From Eledone cirrhosa (taxonomy: Eukaryota): DNA of 64,000 bases. Shown piece after piece: positions 39,688 to 50,671 of this stretch. Every line of letters begins with the position of its first letter. Position 1 is the first letter of the stretch. Made by a program: the position numbers and the translations under genes. The stretch lies in the NCBI GenBank assembly GCA_964016885.1, contig OZ024762.1, forward strand, positions 29,016,001 to 29,080,000. The letters run 5' to 3'. The notes under the pieces are model-generated. The model ran no database searches. It saw nothing but the letters and a program-made list of their open reading frames with translations, and was not told where the DNA came from.

Positions 39688-39960
39688 TGTCTCAAGCCTG
39701 AAGGCTCATTAGGCCAATGCTTATCCTGGTTTCATGGCATAAAGCGACTGTGAGTACAAGACTTCCTCCTGGACAGGACATCAGTCCATTGCAGGGTTAC
39801 ACCCTCCACAGCTATTGCTGGTGCTCATTTTCAGCAGAGTATACTGGAGCAACGTGAAATGAAGTGTTTTGCTCAAGAACACAACACACAACCCACCCCA
39901 GAAATCGAACCCATGACATTATGATTGTAAGTCCAACACACTTAACACTAGGCCACATGC
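39688..39960 (-). mobile_element. SINE of a second family; monomer source of the 127-bp satellite
   Basis: Shares TTGCTCAAGAACACAACAC with other dispersed copies; 39688-39800 matches the satellite unit. Confidence 0.7.
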
Positions 39961-40133
39961 CTCTACTGGAAATATGGAATAATTTAGAGATAACGTAAAA
40001 GATATTTCAAAAGTTTAGTATATAGAAAACAATTTGTCTTTTCCCACTGGATCAATCATCGTTTCAACTGACTGAGATCCATTTCATTTCATAGTAATTG
40101 ACTTTCATTAAATTTTCTTTCATTCTTTTTCAG

Positions 40134-40391
40134 GAAATATAGCTATTGGTGAAGTAGCTACACAAACCACGACAGACAAAACAAGCAGTGTAATTCTAAT
40201 GAAAAACAATGTTTGTCGCAATGAAATGTACTCAATGTCAGCTAATCTGGCTGTAGATGGTAACTTCGATCAAAACCCGCAACACAGATCTTGTTCTCAT
40301 ACAATGAGCTCTCCAACATCATTGTGGACTCTTGAACTCAGATAAACATACAATATTTCCCAACTAAGGATATATTATAACTATATTGATA
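40134..40391 (+). pseudogene. Fucolectin / F5-8 type C-like exon (258 bp, phase 1-1) with an in-frame TAA
   Basis: Strong acceptor TTCTTTTTCAG and GTAAGT donor; NIAIGEVATQT...ANLAVDGNFDQNPQHRSCSHT...LWTLELR*TYNISQLRIY; stop at 40343-40345. Confidence 0.75.
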
Positions 40392-40470
40392 GTAAGTTGG
40401 TTTTTTTGTTTGTTTGGAAAGATTTTGCCTTCTTGCCTGTTACACTTTACAATTTCACTTCCCTCTAGAA

Positions 40471-41650
40471 CAGAGGTTCTCAAAGTGGGTGCTACTGTCC
40501 CAAGAGGGGTGCTAGGGCTTAAGGATGGGGGTGGAGAGGATATAATAGTATATCAAATATCAAATGATAAATTTTATATATAAATATAGTAAAATAAAAA
40601 AAGTATATGATATTTATTGATACATAGTATATATTATATAGTGGATAGAAATGAAGCAAGTATATGCTGTTCCATGTGTGATGTCAATGTGTGTGAACGA
40701 CAAAGTATAGACGAGTTGAGAGAGAAACTGTGTATAAGAGGGATAAGTTGTAGTGTGTGGGAGAGAAGACTGTGTTGGTATGGACATGTGATGTGCATGG
40801 TGGATGACAGCTGGGTAAAGAACTGCCAAGAAATCCCAGTAGAAGGAAGACGCAGTAGAGGAAGATCACGAAAAACATGGGCAGAGGTGGTGAGAGCAGA
40901 CCTCAGATCACTGAAGCTCATGGAGGAGATGACAAGGAACTGTGACAAATGGAGAGATGCTGTGTTTAATAAGACCTGTCCCACCCTTACAAGCAGGGAA
41001 AAGCGGATGTAAAATGATGATAATGATGATGATAGTGAAGGCTGAGTGATTAGAGAATCGGATTTGCAATCGTGAGGTTGTGAGGTTGTTCTTTCTACCT
41101 GGAGTTGCAACTGATAGATAGTATTAGCAATTGGAAAGACCAATGGAAGCATTGATTCCGTGGTCCAATTTGATGGAAGTTGATCGACTGTCGATATATT
41201 ATAGAAGGTAGGACACCATACTTTGCAGCATAGAGTTACGGCCCTTTATTATCTGAGTTTAAATCCCTCCTAGGTTAATTTTGCCTTTCACCTTTACTGG
41301 GTCGATAAAATACAGTACCAGTAATACACTGGAGTAATTGCTGGCCTTGTGCCAAAAGTAGAAAGAATTATTTATTATATATCAACCATTTTATGTATTA
41401 TATATTATTTACTTTATTTCACGTTGCTCCTTCTACCTGGAGTTGCGACCGATAGATAGTATTAGCAATTGGAAAGACCAACGGAAACATTGTTTCCTCG
41501 GTCCGATTTGACGAAAGTCCATCGTTCCTTTTTTTAATATTATTTACAATTTGCTTGTAGGTAGGTCTCTCTGGAAATAGGTGTGGTGTTTTAGATGGTA
41601 TTACAAGGCCGTGTGGGGGGCGATGGCCCCAAAAAGTTTGAGAACTTCTG
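40471..41650. mobile_element. Non-autonomous hAT (Charlie-like) element containing an RTE 3' fragment (40640-41035) and a SINE
   Basis: TIRs CAGAGGTTCTCAAA / TTTGAGAACTTCTG; 8-bp TSD CTCTAGAA / TTCTAGAA. Confidence 0.7.
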
Positions 41651-41883
41651 TTCTAGAATGTCACCATTTACTAAAGACATTTATTTATAAATGGCATGAA
41701 ACACACATGTTCCTAATTGTTTAACTGTTTGGATACCAAACTGTCTGAATCAACTCTACCCCTTGAACTTGAACTGGCACTGTCGGTTACAATAATGAGT
41801 GTTCCAGTTGACACTATTACTGGAACAGCCTGCTCATGAAATTAACGTGCAAGTGGCTGAGTATTCCACAGACATGCATACCC

Positions 41884-42112
41884 TTAACCCTTTAGCATTT
41901 ACATTACTCCATATCTAATATTACATTTTTGTGGTAAAGGCTTTATCTTACATAATTATCTCACATAATATCAAATCTATGAGATTTTGATATTATATAT
42001 TTTGAGAACAATAACTTCACATAAGTATGAGCAGCCTGTTATGGCTGGTTTGAACAGAAAGATGTGAGAGAATTCTGGCCGGATATGGCCAGTTTAAATG
42101 CTAAAGGGTTAA
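41884..42112 (+). mobile_element. Intact piggyBac-type MITE inserted into a SINE; serves as the empty-target reference
   Basis: TIR CCCTTTAGCATTTA / TAAATGCTAAAGGG with TTAA duplicated on both sides. Confidence 0.9.
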
Positions 42113-42408
42113 CATAGCTCTCAGGGAGATTCAGCATGACACAGAGTGTGACAAGGCTGACCCTTTGAATTACAGGTACAACTCATTTTTGCCAGCTGAG
42201 TGAACTGGAAAAATATGAAATAAAGTGTCTTGCTCAAGGACACAACACTCCTCTGGTAAACAAACTCATGACCTTACGATTGTGAGGCGAATACTCTAAA
42301 CACAGAGCCACGCATCTTAGTTTATGATAAAATGTTTATAACTATCTTAAAACCTTCTATCCTAACTTTATGTAAGAACATTTGTTAAGTTATGTTTTAA
42401 CTCTTTAG

Positions 42409-42696
42409 CATTTACATTACTCTATATATACTATTGTATTTTCACAGTAAAGGCTTTACCTCACATAATATCTCACATAACATTTACATTACTCTATATA
42501 TACTATTGTATTGTCACAGTAAAGGCTTTACCTCACATAATATCTCACATAACATTTACATTACTCTATATATACTATTGTATTTTCACAGTAAAGGCTT
42601 TACCTCACATAATATCTCACATAACATTTACATTACTCTATATATACTCTTGTATTGTCACAGTAAAGGCTTTACCTCACATAATATCTCACATAA
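42409..42696 (+). repeat. 4 x 72-bp array of the MITE target segment
   Basis: Units start at 42409, 42481, 42553 and 42625. Confidence 0.97.
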
Positions 42697-42886
42697 CATC
42701 TCGTATACGAGAGACGTGTGTTGACGTGTGTGAACAAGCTCGGCTACCGATTAATTTTGATTAATTTTTTTATACTGTAATATACGTTAACCCCTTGCCT
42801 TGGTCGTCAAACCTTGAGTTTATTTATTTTCGCCCCTTTTTGGGGCGAATTTTCCAGTTAAAAACTTTTACGGCAAACTAATAGAA

Positions 42887-44608
42887 ATGGACGGAATTTT
42901 CACATCTCATCCTAACGTGAAAGCCACGCCCCCTAAGAAAGGTGATACAGAGAAGCTAGAAGCACAAGGCTCTAAGTCTTCCCTCCTCACTTCTGCAAAA
43001 GAAACATGGAACACGGAATTAAAAGAAAAATTTGTAAAAATGGGTGAAAACCCAGAAAGTCACATAAACGCAGACAAAAACAACAACGACAATAACAGCA
43101 ATAGTCACAACACCAACCAAGGAAAAAATAACGATAACACCAAACAAAGCGAACCCACTACTGGTGCCTCCTTTGCACAGGCGGTCCGGAAAACACAAAC
43201 CTGCAAGCAACTGGACATTACAACTCTGAGAGAAAAGATGAAGGAAGCGAAACAGTATGTAACTTTCAAAGAAGGAGGAGACTTCACAATCACCTCCCCA
43301 CAAGAAATCAAAAGAGACACGACGCTAAGAACGATATCTTTCAGAACAATTTCTAACATAACAAGGAAACCAACTCAATTATCCCAAAAAGAGATTGAGC
43401 TGGTCCTAAAAAATGTGTGGAGTGATATATCGTTCATACAAAAAGGGCCACTCTATGGGAATATAACGGTCCTAATGAAGGATCAATTGACGGCCAGGAA
43501 ATACTCTGTGGCGCCAATTGTTTCCAAGCTACATACATTTTTCCCCACATATTTAGGGAAAAGAACGCAGAAGATAAGGGTCTCCGGAATCCGGCCAAAT
43601 GCATGCATTTCCTGGGTACTAACAGGATTTTTAGAAGACGAGGACGGAATCCTTTCAGTAGGAGAAGTCACCACAGACGTTTTCGGCGGTTTGAGCGTGG
43701 AGGTTCTGGGCCAAATGAGACCAGAACGAATAGCTAGAATACCACAGAGGGTGTCCCTCGATGGAGAAACATTTATATATATTTCAGCCGAGGGTAGGAG
43801 GCCCATATGTTACTACTGTTCAAGCAGGGGTCATCTAAGGGCTGCTTGTCCTCAATTGACAAAAAAAAAGGCTCTTTTGCCTACACCCCACACACCACCA
43901 CCGCCACCACCACCACCACCACAACAACAACAAAAATAACACGGAAAAATAACACAAGACACGGCCCCACCCAAAACAACTCCCAAAACACACACAAATA
44001 CAACAAAACCCCAAAATACACCACTACCCGACAGCACGGACGAGGACCCAGCTGAAACGGCACCTAGTGACGAAGAGGGGGAACCCTTCCAACCTGTAAA
44101 AAGGAAAACAAGAAAGCACCACTCGAACATAAACGAAACAAACACACAACCACCAACAAAAACAAAACAAACAGAACAAACAAAATCCGCCCCGACCCAA
44201 AACATAACACATACAACAAAACGTAAGCACACACAAGAACAACAAACAAACACAACACAAATAAAACAGTATACATACATTAACACAAATAACAAAGAAC
44301 TCGTAAAAACAATACACAAAGACCCTTTGGTGGAAACTGAAGGGCAATTCTTTGCAAGCGCGGCCAACAAACCGCATTTAAAAATGATAAGACTCCCAAT
44401 GGACACCTATGCAAAACTAAGAGAGAACTTTCCTGAGGACGTGGGGAAAACATGTACTCGACCCTATAACCGCGTCCTCTTGAAACGTTTCCCCACCCAC
44501 ACCTCACCAAACACCCCCACTCCACCACAGAACAACACCCCACCAAACAACCCCTCCAATACGCCCATGGATATTGTGCAACCTGCTCCTCAGGAGCCGA
44601 ACAGGTAG
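42887..44608 (+). pseudogene. Tx1 ORF1, copy 1, with a nonsense codon
   Basis: TAA at 43937-43939 where copy 2 has CAA; zinc knuckle CYYCSSRGHLRAAC. Confidence 0.9.
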
Positions 44609-44629
44609 GTCCTTCCTCTTTTAACCAAC

Positions 44630-47600
44630 ATGGTTGATATAAGAGTTGGGTGTATGAATGTACGCGGCCTGGGACTGTCTTGGAAACAAGGCAAACTTTT
44701 AAACGATCTCAGGTCGCATAGAATGGACGTAATGGCTATTTGCGAGTCCAGGATCAGCAGCGAGCACCAACTGGCGCCCCTCTTCGACGACTTTGAGATC
44801 TTCGCATCTCTCTGTCAACCGGAGGGTGGGGGTGGAGTTGTCGTTCTGCTGCGAAAACACCTGGGCCTCGCCATACAGAAGGTGCACCTGGACCCGGAGG
44901 GTCGACTGGTGGTTTTAGACGTCGGCAGTAGTGAAAGTGGAGCCCTTAGACTAATAGCTGTGTACGCCCCTTTTTGGGCAGCACGGCCGGAATACTTCCA
45001 ACGTCTGGAAACTTTTCTGGGATCGTCCCGCTCCTTGCTTTTAGTGGGGGACTGGAATGGTATCCTGGATGCACGTTGGGACTATGTAGGGGCATGTGCC
45101 AATAGAGGGGGGTGTAAAAGCCTCAAAAGGTTAATCGGCCGATTTGACCTGGCCGATAGATATCGACTAGATTTTCCGACTGTACCACTATGGACGTGGA
45201 CCAATCGCAGTGGAACATCTAGGTCGTACCTAGATAGGGTCCTAGTTAGAGAGAAGGATTGGGACACATTTAGCTGTCCAAAAATGTTCATGGTTGACTA
45301 TTCGGATCACAAGTTAGTGACCTGCATAGCCAACCTTGATAGAACCCATAGACAGGGACCCGGTTACTGGAAGCTGAACTTGTCCTTACCGAGAAGCAAA
45401 GCTTACAGTAAACGGATTAGCACGTTAGTTAAGCAGAGTTTGACAGGGGCAATTGTCAACAACAGGTGGTGGAGCTCTCTTAAGAGAGCAATTAGAATAG
45501 AATCGATAGGTTTTAGTCAGGAATTAGCAAGGGATAGGAACAAGACGGAAAGGGAATTAGTAGATAGAGTAGAAGAGGCGATTAGGAGTGGCAATGTAGC
45601 CGGCGTGCTGGCATCAAGAATGGCCTTAGACCAGTTCTTTGAGGTGAAGCATGAAGGCTGCGTTGTCAGGAGTAAAATACGTGCTCTGGGTAATGAGGGA
45701 GCCAAAGCTGTGAGCTGGGCCCGAGTGACAGAGGCAAAAAGTGGGAACAAGTCCACGATTCGGTCTTTGAAGGACCAGGATGGGCGTGTGATCCTTGAAC
45801 CTGGGCAGATGTGTGCGGCCTTTCAGCGGCACTTTGCACGACTGTTCGAGAGGGGCGGCGCGCCGGGTGAGACTATGGATTTCAATCCATACCTCGACGG
45901 TCTGCCGCACCTCTCGGACGCGGAGGCGAAGTCCTACGAAAGGACGATTTCAGCTGCTGAGATAGGGGCGGCGCTGAGCCAATGCGGCAAACGCAAATCC
46001 CCGGGTGTCGATGGTCTACCATACGAGCTATATGTAGCGATGCCGGACTTGTTCTCCGATATCCTCGAAGCGGTCTACTGCAACTGGCAGCAGAACGGGA
46101 GAATTCCCAGTTCTGTGACCAAGGGCGTAGTTACGCTGGTGAGGAAGGATGAGAACAAGGGGGATGACATAAGTAACTTCAGGCCCATAACTCTGCTAAA
46201 TACAGAGTTAAAGATTTTGGCCAAGGTGTTAGCGAAGAGGTTGGCGCTTGTCGTTGGAAACCTGGTGGGAGAAGCGCAGACATGCGCAATCCCGTCCAGG
46301 TCCATTCACGACAATCTCCCCCTTATGCGATACATCATAGAGAGGGTAGGGAATGAACCCGGCTTTGGTGGGGCCCTGATCAACTTGGATCAATCTAAAG
46401 CTTTCGATAGGGTTGACCATCGTTACCTGGATGCGGTGCTCGCGGCAGCAGGCTTCGGACCCGTTTTCAGGGGTTGGATTGCTGCGATGCACAGCAGCAA
46501 CGTCTGCTCAAGGGTCAAGGTGAACGGCCACCTCTCGGAGCCGTTCCAAATCATGCGATCCATCCGACAGGGATGCCCTCTCTCCCCCCTACTGTATGTG
46601 CTGGCTCTTGAGCCACTACTGCGGAAGTTGGAGCGGTTGCAGGGCATCCCTTTGGAACCGGGATTGCAGAAAGCGGCGTCGGCCTACGCCGATGACGTGA
46701 CAGTAATGGTGTCGAAAACCTCGCAAATCGGTGAGATCGGCACCTTACTGGAGGAATATGAAAGGTTTACAGGAGCCAAGCTGAACCGGGACAAGTCCGT
46801 CGGTTTGCAACTCGGAACATGGAGAGGCAAACCGATGCCCTCCAACGACGTCGTCGGACGCTGGTTCGGACCAGACCTCCAGGTGGAGAAAAACTGGAAC
46901 GAGGTAACGGCCAGGGTGTTTGCACTCACCCAGAAGTGGGCCCAGTGCAAACTATCCCTGAAAGGTCGAGCGGAGGTGGCGAATACTTATATAGCATCCG
47001 TCATCTACTACCGCTTGACCGTCGTGCCTTGCCCAGTGAAAAGACTCGCCAAAATGGAGTGCGCGCTGTTCCAATTTCTTTGGAACAAGCGGACCCCTTT
47101 GGTGAGGAGATCCATCTGCTGTCAACACCCTTCGAAAGGAGGGCTGGGGATGCCGTGGCTACAGATGCGTAAACACGCATTAAGGCTACGGCACCTCCAG
47201 GTATTCCTCACCGGTCAACCGGTGTGGGCCCCGTTTGTGAGGCGAGCCTTTCCCAGACTCGTCTCGCTCACCGAGCTGCAATCCTGGGTCAAGCAAAGAC
47301 CGAGAAAAGTGGGCGACTGGCACATTGAATGTGCCCAGGTGCTCACGGCCCTCTGGAAAGCGGACCCGGCAATCAGTGGAGACTCCACGTCGACATTCTA
47401 TAGTGGGTTGGTACGCAGCAGGTGCGACCATGCTCTCGGAGAAGCTCTAGGCATGGAGGAAGATGAACTGGCCAGTCTGTTCGGTAGGACGTTTGGCCCT
47501 GGACCGATGGACAACTTCCAAAAGTCCCTGGCTTGGCAGTGCTACCGAGGGGCTCTACCCGTTCGAGACAAGCTCCACAGGCATGGGAGCCTGGGTAGAG

Positions 47601-48034
47601 ATCCTTTGAATAAGATCTGTCCGAGATGCGTGCATGATGACGAAACCGTTGCGCACGCATTCGTACACTGCCCAGGCATTGCTGACCTGTGGGGCTATGT
47701 GGAACGACTACTGTCGAGGGTGGGACCAATCCGGTTGACCACCGAGTCTATTGTCACGATCAAACCGCCTCCCCCTTTCAAAAACAAAGGAGAGGCGGTT
47801 TTTCTCTGTGTGGTAGCCATGGCTAAAGAAGTTGTATGGTGGACGAGGCTGAAAGGGCTGAGGTCAGACACCTTTCTCTCCGGCCAACAACTGGTCCCCT
47901 TTTTCAAATACCATTTTAAAAGAAGGATCAGAATGGAGAGAGAGGTGCTCTACCCCAGCAAGTTTTATGAAAGGTGGGTGAAAGTAGGGAGAATGGCCAG
48001 AGTGAATGGGTCTTCTCTCTATATCAGCCTGTAG
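44630..48034 (+). CDS. Tx1 ORF2, copy 1 (APE endonuclease, RT, C-terminal zinc finger), with an 11-aa deletion
   Basis: GDWN, YLDR, SDH, PGYWKLN, FRPITLLN, KAFDRV, RQGCPLSP, YADD, GGLG and CPRC..H..C motifs. Confidence 0.92.
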   Translation: MVDIRVGCMNVRGLGLSWKQGKLLNDLRSHRMDVMAICESRISSEHQLAPLFDDFEIFASLCQPEGGGGVVVLLRKHLGLAIQKVHLDPEGRLVVLDVGSSESGALRLIAVYAPFWAARPEYFQRLETFLGSSRSLLLVGDWNGILDARWDYVGACANRGGCKSLKRLIGRFDLADRYRLDFPTVPLWTWTNRSGTSRSYLDRVLVREKDWDTFSCPKMFMVDYSDHKLVTCIANLDRTHRQGPGYWKLNLSLPRSKAYSKRISTLVKQSLTGAIVNNRWWSSLKRAIRIESIGFSQELARDRNKTERELVDRVEEAIRSGNVAGVLASRMALDQFFEVKHEGCVVRSKIRALGNEGAKAVSWARVTEAKSGNKSTIRSLKDQDGRVILEPGQMCAAFQRHFARLFERGGAPGETMDFNPYLDGLPHLSDAEAKSYERTISAAEIGAALSQCGKRKSPGVDGLPYELYVAMPDLFSDILEAVYCNWQQNGRIPSSVTKGVVTLVRKDENKGDDISNFRPITLLNTELKILAKVLAKRLALVVGNLVGEAQTCAIPSRSIHDNLPLMRYIIERVGNEPGFGGALINLDQSKAFDRVDHRYLDAVLAAAGFGPVFRGWIAAMHSSNVCSRVKVNGHLSEPFQIMRSIRQGCPLSPLLYVLALEPLLRKLERLQGIPLEPGLQKAASAYADDVTVMVSKTSQIGEIGTLLEEYERFTGAKLNRDKSVGLQLGTWRGKPMPSNDVVGRWFGPDLQVEKNWNEVTARVFALTQKWAQCKLSLKGRAEVANTYIASVIYYRLTVVPCPVKRLAKMECALFQFLWNKRTPLVRRSICCQHPSKGGLGMPWLQMRKHALRLRHLQVFLTGQPVWAPFVRRAFPRLVSLTELQSWVKQRPRKVGDWHIECAQVLTALWKADPAISGDSTSTFYSGLVRSRCDHALGEALGMEEDELASLFGRTFGPGPMDNFQKSLAWQCYRGALPVRDKLHRHGSLGRDPLNKICPRCVHDDETVAHAFVHCPGIADLWGYVERLLSRVGPIRLTTESIVTIKPPPPFKNKGEAVFLCVVAMAKEVVWWTRLKGLRSDTFLSGQQLVPFFKYHFKRRIRMEREVLYPSKFYERWVKVGRMARVNGSSLYISL

Positions 48035-48271
48035 GTGAAAGAAGAGGAAAAAGAGGAGACGAGGGAAGCACCTACTCTTTGTGCTCCTGAGGAGAGGGGT
48101 TGCACATTTTTTCCGGGGTGTGTGCGACCCATGTTAATGCCCCCTCCCTATTGAGGACTTCGTTTGTTGTTGTTATTTCATTGTTATATTTTTGTACTCG
48201 TTAATTATATGTAAACTTCCCCCCTTGTATCTGTCCCTACCTTTTGTGCCCTAGTGGCAAATAAAGAAACC

Positions 48272-48693
48272 ACTCTATATATACTATTGTATTGTCACAG
48301 TAAAGGCTTTACCTCACATAATATCTCACATAACATTTACATTACTCTATATATACTATTGTATTGTCACAGTAAAGGCTTTACCTCACATAATATCTCA
48401 CATAACATTTACATTACTCTATATATACTATTGTATTGTCACAGTAAAGGCTTTACCTCACATAATATCTCACATAACATTTACATTACTCTATATATAC
48501 TATTGTATTGTCACAGTAAAGGTTTTACCTCACATAATACCTCACATAGCATTTACATTACTCTATATATACTATTGTATTGTCACAGTAAAGGCTTTAC
48601 CTCACATAATACCTCACATAGCATTTACATTACTCTATATATACTATTGTATTGTCACAGTAAAGGCTTTACCTCACATAATATCTCACATAA
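48272..48693 (+). repeat. 62-bp partial unit plus 5 x 72-bp array of the MITE target segment, between the two Tx1 copies
   Basis: Full units start at 48334, 48406, 48478, 48550 and 48622. Confidence 0.97.
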
Positions 48694-48907
48694 CATCTCG
48701 TATACGAGAGACGTGTGTTGACGTGTGTGAACAAGCTCGGCTACCGAGTCGGATTTACTTACTCAAAAAGTGAGTTTTGATTAATTTTTTTATACTGTAA
48801 TATACGTTAACCCCTTGCCTTGGTCGTCAAACTTTGAGTTTATTTATTTTCGCCCCTTTTTGGGGCGAATTTTCCAGTTAAAAATTTATTACGGCAAACT
48901 AATAGAA

Positions 48908-50650
48908 ATGGACGGAATTTTCACATCTCATCCTAACGTGAAAGCCACGCCCCCTAAGAAAGGTGATACAGAGAAGCTAGAAGCACAAGGCTCTAAGTCT
49001 TCCCTCCTGACTTCTGCAAAAGAAACATGGAACACGGAATTAAAAGAAAAATTTGTAAAAATGGGTGAAAACCCAGAAAGTCACATAAACGCAGACAAAA
49101 ACAACAACGACAATAACAGCAATAGTCACAACACCAACCAAGGAAAAAATAACGATAACACCAAACAAAGCGAACCCACTACTGGTGCCTCCTTTGCACA
49201 GGCGGTCCGGAAAACACAAACCTGCAAGCAACTGGACATTACAACTCTGAGAGAAAAGATGAAGGAAGCGAAACAGTATGTAACTTTCAAAGAAGGAGGA
49301 GACTTCACAATCACCTCCCCACAAGAAATCAAAAGAGACACGACGCTAAGAACGATATCTTTCAGAACAATTTCCAACATAACAAGGAAACCAACTCAAT
49401 TATCCCAAAAAGAGATTGAGCTGGTCCTAAAAAATGTGTGGAGTGATATATCGTTCATACAAAAAGGGCCACTCTATGGGAATATAACGGTCCTAATGAA
49501 GGATCAATTGACGGCCAGGAAATACTCTGTGGCACCAATTGTTTCCAAGCTACATACATTTTTCCCCACATATTTAGGGAAAAGAACGCAGAAGATAAGG
49601 GTCTCCGGAATCCGGCCAAATGCATGCATTTCCTGGGTACTAACAGGATTTTTAGAAGACGAGGACGGAATCCTCTCAGTAGGAGAAGTCACCACAGACG
49701 TTTTCGGCGGTTTGAGCGTGGAGGTTCTGGTCCAAATGAGACCAGAACGAATAGCTAGAATACCACAGAGGGTGTCCCTCGATGGAGAAACATTTATATA
49801 TATTTCAGCCGAGGGTAGGAGGCCCATATGTTACTACTGTTCAAGCAGGGGTCATCTAAGGGCTGCTTGTCCTCAATTGACAAAAAAAAAGGCTCTTTTG
49901 CCTACACCCCACACACCACCACCGCCACCACCACCACCACCACCACCTCCACCACCACCACCACAACAACAACAAAAACAACAGGGAAAAATAACACAAG
50001 ACACGGCCCCACCCAAAACAACTCCCAAAACACACACAAATACAACAAAACCCCAAAATACACCACTACCCGACAGCACGGACGAGGACCCAGCGGAAAC
50101 GGCACCTAGTGACGAAGAGGGGGAACCCTTCCAACCTGTAAAAAGGAAAAAAAGAAAGCACCACTCGAACATAAACGAAACAAACACACAACCACCAACA
50201 AAAACAAAACAAACAGAACAAACAAAATCCGCCCCACCCCAAAACATAACACATACAACAAAACGTAAGCACACACAAGAACAACAAACAAACACAACAC
50301 AAATAAAACAGTATACATACATTAACACAAATAACAAAGAACTAGTAAAAACAATACACAAAGACCCTTTGGTGGAAACTGAAGGACAATTCTTTGCAAG
50401 CGCGGCCAACAAACCGCATTTAAAAATGATAAGACTCCCAATGGACACCTATGCAAAACTAAGAGAGAACTTTCCTGAGGACGTGGGGAAAACATGTACT
50501 CGACCCTATAACCGCGTCCTCTTGAAACGTTTCCCCACCCACACCTCACCAAACACCCCCACTCCACCACAGAACAACACCCCACCAAACAACCCCTCCA
50601 ATACGCCCATGGATATTGTGCAACCTGCTCCTCAGGAGCCGAACAGGTAG
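48908..50650 (+). CDS. Tx1 ORF1 (580 aa from ATG; CCHC zinc knuckle, Pro/Thr-rich tail)
   Basis: Open frame; SFAQAV motif, CYYCSSRGHLRAAC and a basic KRKKRK stretch. Confidence 0.92.
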   Translation: MDGIFTSHPNVKATPPKKGDTEKLEAQGSKSSLLTSAKETWNTELKEKFVKMGENPESHINADKNNNDNNSNSHNTNQGKNNDNTKQSEPTTGASFAQAVRKTQTCKQLDITTLREKMKEAKQYVTFKEGGDFTITSPQEIKRDTTLRTISFRTISNITRKPTQLSQKEIELVLKNVWSDISFIQKGPLYGNITVLMKDQLTARKYSVAPIVSKLHTFFPTYLGKRTQKIRVSGIRPNACISWVLTGFLEDEDGILSVGEVTTDVFGGLSVEVLVQMRPERIARIPQRVSLDGETFIYISAEGRRPICYYCSSRGHLRAACPQLTKKKALLPTPHTPPPPPPPPPPPPPPPPQQQQKQQGKITQDTAPPKTTPKTHTNTTKPQNTPLPDSTDEDPAETAPSDEEGEPFQPVKRKKRKHHSNINETNTQPPTKTKQTEQTKSAPPQNITHTTKRKHTQEQQTNTTQIKQYTYINTNNKELVKTIHKDPLVETEGQFFASAANKPHLKMIRLPMDTYAKLRENFPEDVGKTCTRPYNRVLLKRFPTHTSPNTPTPPQNNTPPNNPSNTPMDIVQPAPQEPNR

Positions 50651-50671
50651 GTCCTTCCTCTTTTAACCAAC

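Larger units (their letters stand above)
42697..48271 (+). mobile_element. Full-length Tx1-clade (L1 group) non-LTR retrotransposon, copy 1, defective
   Basis: 5' CATCTCGTATACGAGA, ORF1 with a premature stop, ORF2 APE-RT-CCHC, 3' end AATAAAGAAACC. Confidence 0.92.

Noticed and set aside
40343-40345. Rescue of the UAA stop by A-to-I editing
   Set aside because: It would need editing of both adenosines to give Trp, and nothing in the DNA supports this; a simple nonsense mutation is more parsimonious.
42434-48721. Repeat-encoded ORFs (YCHSKGFTSHNISHN) at 42434-42724 and 48254-48721
   Set aside because: They are open only because 72 is a multiple of 3 and the unit has a stop-free frame; there is no other coding evidence.
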